In this document: positions 15,949-23,077 of the stretch, in pieces
Numbering within the stretch: position 1 is the stretch's first letter
Layout: the number at the start of each line of letters is the position of its first letter
Assembly (NCBI RefSeq): GCF_000025925.1
Contig: NC_014033.1
Location: 960,001 to 992,000, forward strand
DNA length: 32,000 bases
Origin: Xylanibacter ruminicola 23
GTDB lineage: Bacteria; Bacteroidota; Bacteroidia; Bacteroidales; Bacteroidaceae
Reading direction: 5' to 3'
Notes under the pieces: generated by a model
Seen by the model: only the letters and a program-made list of their open reading frames with translations
What the model was told of the DNA's origin: nothing
The model's database searches: none
Program-made: the position numbers and the translations under genes

Positions 15949-17610
15949 TTATTTGTATTTCTCAATCAAGTTATCTGCCTGCAGATTGCCCATTTCCTTG
16001 GCTTTCTGCAGGTTTTGTATTCCCTCTTTCTTGTTGCCCTTCAGGCACTGGGCCACACCTAAGAACAGGTAACCGTCGCTGTCGTTAGCATCAACGCTCA
16101 GGCTCTCCTTGGCGGTGGCAATCGCATTGTCGTAAAGACCCACACGGATTTCGAGCGATGCCTTCTCGGCGTAATAAAGTGTCTCCTTAGGATTCATTAC
16201 GATGGCGCGGGTGATATCGTTGAGTGCCTGCTGATACAAACGACCTTCGATTTCGGCCTGGTGACGGATGTAGTAGAAGTTATCGTTGACGTTGGCCTTC
16301 ATCAGCTCCTCGTAATCGTTCATATCGGCGATAGCCTCGCGGAACTTCTTTGCCTGCAAACGGGCTTGGGCACGCGACCACAGATAAGGAGCGGCCTCTT
16401 TCAGATAGGGTTTGCTGTACATGTTCATAGCGCTATCCATCAGAGCCAGCATCGAGGTGGTATCCTTCAGCATCTCCTTGCAACGGGCAGCGCTGAAGTA
16501 CAGCTCGGCACTCTTCATGTTGGTGCTCGAGAGCTCGTTGTAGATATCGTAGGCCTCGGCATATTTCTTCTGGGCAAACAGGATATTAGCCTCAGTCTGA
16601 CGATACATCAGCTGTGGGTTAACGGCGTTGGCGGTACGAACCTCTTCGAGTGCCTTGTCCAGTGTCCACTTATCGTAAGGCACGTCAGTCTGGAAAATAT
16701 TCTTGTTGTAGATCAGTCGGGCATAGTTGTAATGCGCATCATCCTTCTGCTGAGCGTTCTTGATGGCCATCTCCATATCGCGGTCGGCAGCGGCAAAATC
16801 GTTGGCACCAGCCTCAAGCTGCGCGCGATACATATATCCGTCGGCAGCGTTGGGGAACTTATGGATAAAGTCCTCGATCAGGGCTGCATAAGCGGCAGAA
16901 TCCTGCTGTGTCTGGGCCATGTAGAGTGCCAGAACAGCCTCCTTGATGTTATCGGGCAGCTCCTTCTTAATCTTGGTCTCCTGCAGACTAGCCTCGTTCA
17001 TACCAAAGCCCGAAATCTTCAGCGAATCGGCAAAGCGGGCGCTTACGGCATAGTTGAGAGTATCCTTATCGGTAGCGGGCTGCTGCATCATACCGATTAC
17101 TTCGCCCATCTGGTTAATCAGCGGACAGCTAACGGTGTTGGCGGGCATGGTGAGTGCTACGGTATAGTAATCGTACTCGCCCTGGAAGGTTTCAGCCTTA
17201 CGAACGGTACCTGCTGGCACGTTCTTTACCTCGTGATAAGGCAACAGCCAAGCCTGACTGCCTACAGTGGCCGAAGCGCTGCTGATGGCCAGAGGCTGGG
17301 TTTTACCGCTTACACGGAACTTTACTACATCGTACATATCGTTTACACCTACGATGCTTACTACGGGCATTTCTTTACCGGCAGCATCAATCACTACAGC
17401 TCTTGTGGCACCCTTGAATGGGGTGTAGTTACTGACTGCGTCGCCATTGGCGCTGGTAAAGAAACCGTTACTGCTGCCGATGAGCGAACCGTCAGCGGCA
17501 AAGGTTTTCAGGGTGAATACCGACTTGGTGGCTTTCTTTACCCAGCTAGGCTGAGCACCTGCCAGCAATGGCATCACCGCCAGTAATATCAATAAAACTT
17601 TCTTTTTCAT
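15949..17610 (-). CDS. Secreted protein with an N-terminal trypsin-fold (S1-like, probably non-catalytic) domain and C-terminal TPR repeats
   Basis: The signal is MKKKVLLILLAVMPLLAGAQ. The segment ...SVFTLKTFAADGSLIGSSNGFFTSANGDAVSNYTPF... resembles S1C protease N-termini, but it has T where the catalytic His is expected. The C-terminal half is TPR-like, with repeated A-x-x-Y/F-x-x-A patterns. Confidence 0.8.
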   Translation of the reverse strand: MKKKVLLILLAVMPLLAGAQPSWVKKATKSVFTLKTFAADGSLIGSSNGFFTSANGDAVSNYTPFKGATRAVVIDAAGKEMPVVSIVGVNDMYDVVKFRVSGKTQPLAISSASATVGSQAWLLPYHEVKNVPAGTVRKAETFQGEYDYYTVALTMPANTVSCPLINQMGEVIGMMQQPATDKDTLNYAVSARFADSLKISGFGMNEASLQETKIKKELPDNIKEAVLALYMAQTQQDSAAYAALIEDFIHKFPNAADGYMYRAQLEAGANDFAAADRDMEMAIKNAQQKDDAHYNYARLIYNKNIFQTDVPYDKWTLDKALEEVRTANAVNPQLMYRQTEANILFAQKKYAEAYDIYNELSSTNMKSAELYFSAARCKEMLKDTTSMLALMDSAMNMYSKPYLKEAAPYLWSRAQARLQAKKFREAIADMNDYEELMKANVNDNFYYIRHQAEIEGRLYQQALNDITRAIVMNPKETLYYAEKASLEIRVGLYDNAIATAKESLSVDANDSDGYLFLGVAQCLKGNKKEGIQNLQKAKEMGNLQADNLIEKYK

Positions 17611-17613
17611 ATC

Positions 17614-17676
17614 TAATGTTTAATGTTTAATCTTTAATGTTTAATCTTTAATGTTTAATGTTTAATGTTTAATGTC
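17614..17676. repeat. Family B heptamer tandem repeat, copy B1: 9 units (TAATGTT x6, TAATCTT x2, TAATGTC x1)
   Basis: Read directly. The repeat fills the recN-to-TPR-gene spacer. The recN stop (TAA on the minus strand, 17669-17671) lies in the repeat. The downstream ATG (17610) is 3 nt from the repeat. Confidence 0.9.
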
Positions 17677-19327
17677 CAAGCAGTGCTTTCGCATTCTGTA
17701 TCGCTGCTTCCGATACGTCGCTACCACTCAGCATCTGAGCAATCTCGCGTATACGTTCGTCGGCATCAAGCTGGCGCATCTTACTGGTGGTACCATTGGC
17801 GGTCTCGTTCTTCTCAACCTTATAATGTACCGAACCTAAGGCTGCAATCTGTGGCAGGTGTGTAATGCTGATAACCTGGCGACCATGACCGCCCATCTCT
17901 TTCATAATCTGGGCCATCATCTCGGCAGTCTTTCCGCTCACACCGGTATCAATCTCGTCGAAGATGATTGTTGGCAGCTTCACGGCACCGCTGATCATCG
18001 CCTTGAGCGACAGCATCACACGGGCAATCTCACCACCCGAAGCCACCTGAGAGACAGGCTGGAGTGGGGTAGATGTGTTGGCGCTGAACAGAAACGAAAC
18101 CCTGTCGCAACCATTTACGCCCAGCTCGATAGTGGTAAGTTGGATGCTGAACCTTACGTGTGGCATACCCAGTGGTACCAGGCGCTTCTGCATCTCGTCC
18201 TCAATCTTCTTGACAGCCTTGGTGCGCAGTTTGGTAAGTGCCTCGGCCTCCTTACGGGCCTGGGCTTCCAACTGGCTGACGCGTGCCTTTACCTCGTCGA
18301 GCGATTCGTCGCCGTTCTCGATGGCCTGCAGCTGCTGGTGCAACATTTCGCGTTTCTCAATCAGCGCCTCGATAGCGTCAACGTGGTATTTCTTCTCTAA
18401 CTCGTAGATGCGGTCCAAGCGGTTGTTAACCTGATCCAGTTCGGCAGGATCGAAATCAACCGACTCTAACAGGCTGCTGATTTCGTGAGCCACATCCTTC
18501 AGATCGATATAACTGCTGTCGATACGCTGAATCAAATCGCCCACCTCGGGATAAACAGCCTCGATGCTGCGTAAGGCCGAGAGCGACGAGCGCAACTGTT
18601 CTATCACACCGTTCTGATCGGCCGATAGGGCATTGTCGGTGGTATAGAGGGCGCTCTTGATATCCTCGGAGTGCTCCATCGTGTCGCTGCGCTGTTCCAA
18701 CTCTTCCTGCTCGCCTTCAACCAGGTGCGCATTCTCCAGCTCCTCATACTGGAACTGCAGGAAATCGCGGTTCTCGCGGTTACGCTCGATAGCTGCCTGC
18801 AGCTCTGCCAGTTCCTTTTCGGCAGCCTGATAAGCAGTGTATGTCTGCTGGTATTTGGTCAACTGGGCGGCATCGTCGGCAATGATATCTACCACCTCTA
18901 ACTGGAAGTCTTGCTTGTTAAGCAACAGGTTCTGGTGCTGCGAGTGAACATCCATCAGCTGGTCGCCTAACTCCTTGAGCATCGAGAGTGCCACGGGCGT
19001 GTCGTTGATAAACGCACGACTCTTACCGGCTGCTGTCAGTTCGCGACGGATGATACAGTCGTCGGCATCGTACTCGATATCGTTCTCATCAAAGAAAGCC
19101 TGCATGTTGTAACGCGACAAATCAAAATGCGCCTCAATCACACATTTCTCGGCTCCCTGTTTGATGGTCTTCGAGTCGGCACGCTGTCCTAATAGCAAGG
19201 CGATGGCGCCCAGGATAATACTCTTTCCGGCTCCGGTCTCACCGGTAATCACCGAGAAACCTTCGTAGAGCGAGATGTCCAGCTCGTCGATCAGCGTAAA
19301 GTTCTTGATATATAAATGCTTAAGCAT
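17669..19327 (-). CDS. recN: DNA repair protein RecN
   Basis: MLKHLYIKNFTLIDELDISL...ITGETGAGKSIILGAI..., a long coiled-coil middle region, and the C-terminal ...SGGEIARVMLSLK...IIFDEIDTGVSG.... Confidence 0.95.
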   Translation of the reverse strand: MLKHLYIKNFTLIDELDISLYEGFSVITGETGAGKSIILGAIALLLGQRADSKTIKQGAEKCVIEAHFDLSRYNMQAFFDENDIEYDADDCIIRRELTAAGKSRAFINDTPVALSMLKELGDQLMDVHSQHQNLLLNKQDFQLEVVDIIADDAAQLTKYQQTYTAYQAAEKELAELQAAIERNRENRDFLQFQYEELENAHLVEGEQEELEQRSDTMEHSEDIKSALYTTDNALSADQNGVIEQLRSSLSALRSIEAVYPEVGDLIQRIDSSYIDLKDVAHEISSLLESVDFDPAELDQVNNRLDRIYELEKKYHVDAIEALIEKREMLHQQLQAIENGDESLDEVKARVSQLEAQARKEAEALTKLRTKAVKKIEDEMQKRLVPLGMPHVRFSIQLTTIELGVNGCDRVSFLFSANTSTPLQPVSQVASGGEIARVMLSLKAMISGAVKLPTIIFDEIDTGVSGKTAEMMAQIMKEMGGHGRQVISITHLPQIAALGSVHYKVEKNETANGTTSKMRQLDADERIREIAQMLSGSDVSEAAIQNAKALLGH

Positions 19328-19332
19328 AGCCT

Positions 19333-19371
19333 TATTTTACTATTTGACAATTTACGATTTGACAGTTATTG
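19333..19371. repeat. Family A micro-repeat, copy A4 (TATTTTAC TATTTGAC AATTTAC GATTTGAC AGTTATTG)
   Basis: Read directly. The element fills the DUF4835-to-recN spacer and includes the DUF4835 stop (19366-19368). Positions 19341-19363 match A1 positions 1532-1554 at 21 of 23 nt. Confidence 0.8.
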
Positions 19372-20271
19372 TTTGATGGCTTCCCAACTATTGTTCTGGG
19401 ATGCATTCAATCCCATCAGAATATCGTAGATACGTTGTTTCTCTTTTTGTGTACCTTTACCTTTGTAGATATTGGCCAGCTCATCTTTCTTGTAGTCGGT
19501 CCATGTCTGCGGCAACAAACTCAGCGGTTTGTTTTCGTGGGCCTGCTTCAGGTCGTTCTCGAGTGCTGCCGATATTTCTGTTCGGCCACGTTCGGCGTTA
19601 TTGGTCATCTCGTCCAGCCCCTTGCGATAATAATCGTATTGCAACTGGCGGAAGGGCTTCATGCCTTCGTCCATATAGTCGTTGATAACGGCAAAGCGGT
19701 TGCGGTTGTCCTCGAACGATTTCCAACCCGTAAAGCCCAGGTTCTGAGCGTTGTTTACCAGCACCAGGCAGCGCTGCAGCACATCGGTTCCACCCATGGG
19801 CGCAAAGCTGTCGAGATCTAAACCAATCATCAGCAGGGCGTAGTAGGCTAGGAGAGCGGTCAGTTGGTTGTCGATGTTCTCTTCGGCAAAGCTCAACTGG
19901 TCGAACTGCTGGAACACGAAGTTAAAGTTGGCATCCCTATTATTATATAATGTAGTGTTATAGGCTGCATTAAAGACAGGGCGGTTGGCTTGTATAAGGG
20001 CGGTACACTCAAAGCGGTTCTCATCGCGAAGATACTTGTTTACGGTCAGGTTCAGGTTGCACTGGATACGTTCGTTTTTCTGAAACTGCAGGTCGGTCCA
20101 TGCGCGCTCGTTCATAAACTGCTCGATGGTTTGCTGCAGGTTCTCAAACACGCTGTTATCGGTGCCTTGTATCTGACTGTGGTTCACACTAACCTTAACT
20201 TGCAGCTCTTGGGCATGTACGCCAAGAACTGCAAGTAGTGCTAGTATGGTTAAACAAGTATTCCTGATCAT
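19366..20271 (-). CDS. DUF4835-family secreted protein (I recall some annotation pipelines labelling this family T9SS PorD)
   Basis: A signal peptide is followed by QELQVKVSVNHSQIQGTDNSVFENLQQTIEQFMNERAWTD..., which is the characteristic DUF4835 N-terminus as I recall it. The position next to recN is, as I recall, a common Bacteroidota synteny. The ATG overlaps the exonuclease stop as ATGA. Confidence 0.75.
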   Translation of the reverse strand: MIRNTCLTILALLAVLGVHAQELQVKVSVNHSQIQGTDNSVFENLQQTIEQFMNERAWTDLQFQKNERIQCNLNLTVNKYLRDENRFECTALIQANRPVFNAAYNTTLYNNRDANFNFVFQQFDQLSFAEENIDNQLTALLAYYALLMIGLDLDSFAPMGGTDVLQRCLVLVNNAQNLGFTGWKSFEDNRNRFAVINDYMDEGMKPFRQLQYDYYRKGLDEMTNNAERGRTEISAALENDLKQAHENKPLSLLPQTWTDYKKDELANIYKGKGTQKEKQRIYDILMGLNASQNNSWEAIKQ

Positions 20272-21125
20272 CCGTTAAGTTTTGACTCGCGAAGACGAAT
20301 TCTTGTAAGTATTTGCTTGGTGTTATACGTGAAGTCGCCCGACAGAATCCAGCTGTAGTAGCCTGGGTCGATATGCAGCACGTCGGCTACAGGAATGCCC
20401 TTGTGCTTACCGAAGTTGAACACCTCGGTGAGGCGTGGGTTGCCCTGTTCGTCGAGTAGGGTGTTACCGTTGCGGTCCTTCATCTCGCCCCAAACGATAC
20501 GACCGGCAAAATCCACGTTGTTGTTTACACGTGAGAATTCGGCCAACTTGTTCATATCGTTCTCAAGCACCTTCTCGGGATCCTCGTTAGCACCTGGTGC
20601 ATACTTGTCCAGCTCGCCCATCAGCACACGGTAGGTGGCTTCGGTATCCTGGTCGGCACGGTGTGCTTCGAAGTCTTCCTCCATCTTGCGTCCGCAGTAG
20701 AACTTGTAGGCAGCAGCCAGATTACGGCGCTCCATCTTATGGAAGATGGTCTGTGCGTCGATCATCTTGCACTTGCTGAAATCAAAATCTACGCCAGCAC
20801 GCAGGAATTCCTCAGCGAGTAGGGGAATATCAAAGTGGTTTGAGTTAAAGCCCGCAAAGTCGCAGCCAGTAAACTTCTCGGCCAGCACGGCGCCCAACTG
20901 CTTGAATGTGGGCTTATCCTTTACATCGTCGTTCGAGATACCCGTAAGCTGGGTAATCATCGGCTCGATGGGCTTTTCGGGGTTTACCAACTCGTTGCCA
21001 CGCTCTTCGTGTCCGTCGGGATATACTTTTATATACGAGATCTGGATAATACGGTCCTTAACCAAGTCAAGGCCCGTAGTTTCCAGATCAAATATTACCA
21101 GAGGTTTAGTTAAATTCAGTTTCAC
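20268..21125 (-). CDS. DnaQ-like DEDDh 3'-5' exonuclease (DNA pol III epsilon family) with a DUF3820-like C-terminal domain
   Basis: ExoI is FDLETTG, ExoII is NHFDIPLL and ExoIII is H-x4-D (AHRADQDTEA). The C-terminal FGKHKGIPVADVLHIDPGYYSWIL motif is present. The apparent start is a GTG at 21125. Confidence 0.88.
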   Translation of the reverse strand: MKLNLTKPLVIFDLETTGLDLVKDRIIQISYIKVYPDGHEERGNELVNPEKPIEPMITQLTGISNDDVKDKPTFKQLGAVLAEKFTGCDFAGFNSNHFDIPLLAEEFLRAGVDFDFSKCKMIDAQTIFHKMERRNLAAAYKFYCGRKMEEDFEAHRADQDTEATYRVLMGELDKYAPGANEDPEKVLENDMNKLAEFSRVNNNVDFAGRIVWGEMKDRNGNTLLDEQGNPRLTEVFNFGKHKGIPVADVLHIDPGYYSWILSGDFTYNTKQILTRIRLRESKLNG

Positions 21126-21143
21126 CTTTACTTCTCCCGCTTT

Positions 21144-22268
21144 TTAGTCGTTAATAAGCATAGGCATCATCAGCATCACAACCTCCTGATTCTCAGGCTG
21201 CTCTGAAGGCAGAACCAAACCGGCACGACTTGAGTCGGCCAACTGGATAATCACGTCAGAACACTCGATGTTGCCCAGGATCTCGATAAAGGCGTTACCC
21301 TTGAAACCAATGCTCATTGGTGTACCGTTATACTCACAGGTCATGCGCTCTGTAGCGGTCTTCGAGAAGTCGTAGTCCTCAGCATCCAGCTGGAATGTAG
21401 AGCCTTCAACGTGGAAGCGTACCAGATTGCTCGAATCGTTAGCAAATGGCTGTACGCGGCGCAGGGCAGCCAGCAATGACAGACGATCCAGACGAACCTC
21501 GTTAGGATTGTTCTGTGGGATTACTGAGTTATAGTTGGGGTAGCGACCCTCGATCAGGCGGCACAGCAGCACACCATCGCCGTAGTTAACCTCGGCGTTG
21601 CGCTCGTCGAAGCGGATAGTAACATCGCCACCATCTTTACCCAGCAGGTTCTTCAGCAGGTTAGCGGGCTTCTTAGGCAGGATAAATGCCGATGGCTCCT
21701 CGCTCTTAATGGTGAATATCTTGTTGCGAACCAGCTTGTGCCCGTCAGAAGCAACTACTGCCAGGTGATCGGGAGTAAGATCGAAGTAGATACCGTTCAT
21801 TACAGGGCGAAGCTCGTCCTGAGCGGTAGCAAAGATGCTGCGGTTGATATTCTCGGCCAGGATGGCATTAGGCAGAACGATGCTCTTAGCAAAGTCGCTA
21901 ACTGGCTGTGCCACAGGGAATTCGTCGGCGTTGTCGACAGGCAGAGAGAACAAACCGTTTTGGTAAGTGATCTTTACCAGATTCTGCTCCAGATCCACGT
22001 CGAATGTGATGGGCTGCTCAGAGAAGCCTTTTACGGCCTCAAGCAGGTCGTGGTTGCCGATAGCAAAGCGGAAGTTGCCATCGCTTTCGGTCAGCTCCAG
22101 CTGTGTCTTCATCACGTTCTCTGAATCTGATGCAGTCAGATGCAGAACATTGTTTTCGATCTCGAATAAAAAGTCACCCAGGATGGGTAGAGCATTTTTA
22201 CTGTTAATCACTCTCGAGAGTGCAACGAGCTTAGAGCTCAGTGCTGTGCTTGATAATGTAAAACGCAT
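21144..22268 (-). CDS. dnaN: DNA polymerase III beta subunit (sliding clamp)
   Basis: MRFTLSSTALSSKLVALSRVINSKNALPILGDFLFEI..., about 374 aa, consistent with the three-domain clamp length. ...MLMMPM near the C-terminus. Confidence 0.95.
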   Translation of the reverse strand: MRFTLSSTALSSKLVALSRVINSKNALPILGDFLFEIENNVLHLTASDSENVMKTQLELTESDGNFRFAIGNHDLLEAVKGFSEQPITFDVDLEQNLVKITYQNGLFSLPVDNADEFPVAQPVSDFAKSIVLPNAILAENINRSIFATAQDELRPVMNGIYFDLTPDHLAVVASDGHKLVRNKIFTIKSEEPSAFILPKKPANLLKNLLGKDGGDVTIRFDERNAEVNYGDGVLLCRLIEGRYPNYNSVIPQNNPNEVRLDRLSLLAALRRVQPFANDSSNLVRFHVEGSTFQLDAEDYDFSKTATERMTCEYNGTPMSIGFKGNAFIEILGNIECSDVIIQLADSSRAGLVLPSEQPENQEVVMLMMPMLIND

Positions 22269-22312
22269 AGTTTATAGTTATTTTATTATTCTACATATTA
22301 TATTATTGGTTA

Positions 22313-22320
22313 CAAAATTA
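22313..22320 (-). promoter_or_regulatory. -7 promoter box TAATTTTG for the dnaN string
   Basis: The plus strand reads CAAAATTA, 44 nt upstream of the ATG at 22268, in an AT-rich divergent region. Confidence 0.45.
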
Positions 22321-22435
22321 CAAAAAAAAGTTGTAATGAGCAAAAAAAAGAGCAGAAATGTGCGTTATTCAAACTATTTTTAGTAATTTCGCACTCTGAA
22401 AACGATAAATTCAACAAAATAAAACAAAAAAGATA

Positions 22436-22819
22436 ATGGAATTAACAGGTAAAATCATTGCGGTAATGGAAGCCCGCGGAGGTGTTTCGGCCCGTACAGG
22501 CAATTCATGGAAGACTCAGGAGTACGTTTTGGAGGTTCCTGGTCAGTATCCTAAGCGTTGCGTATTTAACGTATTTGGTGAGGACAAAATCAATCAGTTC
22601 AATATCCAGAATGGTGACGAGCTTACCATCCAGTTTGATATTGATGCTCGCGAATATAACGGTCGTTGGTATAACGATGTACGTGCTTACAGCGTTATTC
22701 GTGGTCAGCAGCCTGTAGCCGGTGCTCCTGTAGCAGCAGCTCCTTCAGCAGCTACATCGCCATTCCCACCAGCACAGGAGCCCGCTAGCGAGGGTTCGTC
22801 TGACGATCTGCCATTCTAA
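22436..22819 (+). CDS. DUF3127-family protein with a beta-rich N-domain, a Pro/Ala linker and an acidic DDLPF tip
   Basis: MELTGKIIAVMEARGGVSARTGNSWKTQEYVLEV...RWYNDVRAYSV matches my recollection of DUF3127. The tail reads QQPVAGAPVAAAPSAATSPFPPAQEPASEGSSDDLPF. Confidence 0.8.
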   Translation: MELTGKIIAVMEARGGVSARTGNSWKTQEYVLEVPGQYPKRCVFNVFGEDKINQFNIQNGDELTIQFDIDAREYNGRWYNDVRAYSVIRGQQPVAGAPVAAAPSAATSPFPPAQEPASEGSSDDLPF

Positions 22820-22846
22820 GAGATTTATTCCAAGAAATAAGGCGAT

Positions 22847-22880
22847 AGTCCTCACGTTTGTGGGGACTTTCTTTATTTTA
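22847..22880 (+). terminator. Intrinsic terminator after the DUF3127 gene
   Basis: AGTCCTCAC (22847-22855), loop GTTT, then GTGGGGACT (22860-22868). This gives 9 bp including one G-U pair, followed by TTCTTTATTTTA. Confidence 0.75.
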
Positions 22881-23016
22881 CGAGAATCGGCATTATGATA
22901 AATAGGGGTTTAGTGGAGGGATTGGGAACCAGAATTGGATGCCGAATGTTTGGTGCCTGAAATGAGGCGCCTTATTTGAAAGATGATTTAGGGCACGAAA
23001 TGGCGCTTTATTTCTG

Positions 23017-23056
23017 CGATATTTCGAACCAATGGTCAGGTTGGTTCAAAATATCG
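23017..23056 (-). terminator. Long AT-rich hairpin 21 nt downstream of the methyltransferase stop (candidate terminator)
   Basis: CGATATTTCGAACCAA (23017-23032), an 8-nt loop, then TTGGTTCAAAATATCG (23041-23056). 15 of 16 positions are complementary. No clean U-tract follows on the minus strand, so confidence is low. Confidence 0.4.
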
Positions 23057-23077
23057 AAGTTTTGAAGCATTGTTAGA

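Noticed and set aside
17614-17676. The tandem repeat arrays (families A and B), considered as possible CRISPR arrays.
   Set aside because: The units are 7-8 nt and directly abutting, with no spacers. No cas genes are present. These are microsatellite-like arrays, not CRISPR.
22269-22435. The AT-rich divergent region upstream of dnaN, considered as a possible oriC.
   Set aside because: I could find no DnaA-box-like 9-mers (TTATCCACA or TGTGGATAA, or close variants) and no dnaA gene nearby. dnaN is not linked to oriC in many Bacteroidota. The region is adequately explained as a divergent promoter region.
22895-22960. A 21-codon ORF (MINRGLVEGLGTRIGCRMFGA) in the DUF3127-methyltransferase gap.
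   Set aside because: There is no promoter box or A-rich leader in front of it. The composition is unremarkable, and at this length it could easily arise by chance. The region is reported only as a candidate structured RNA.
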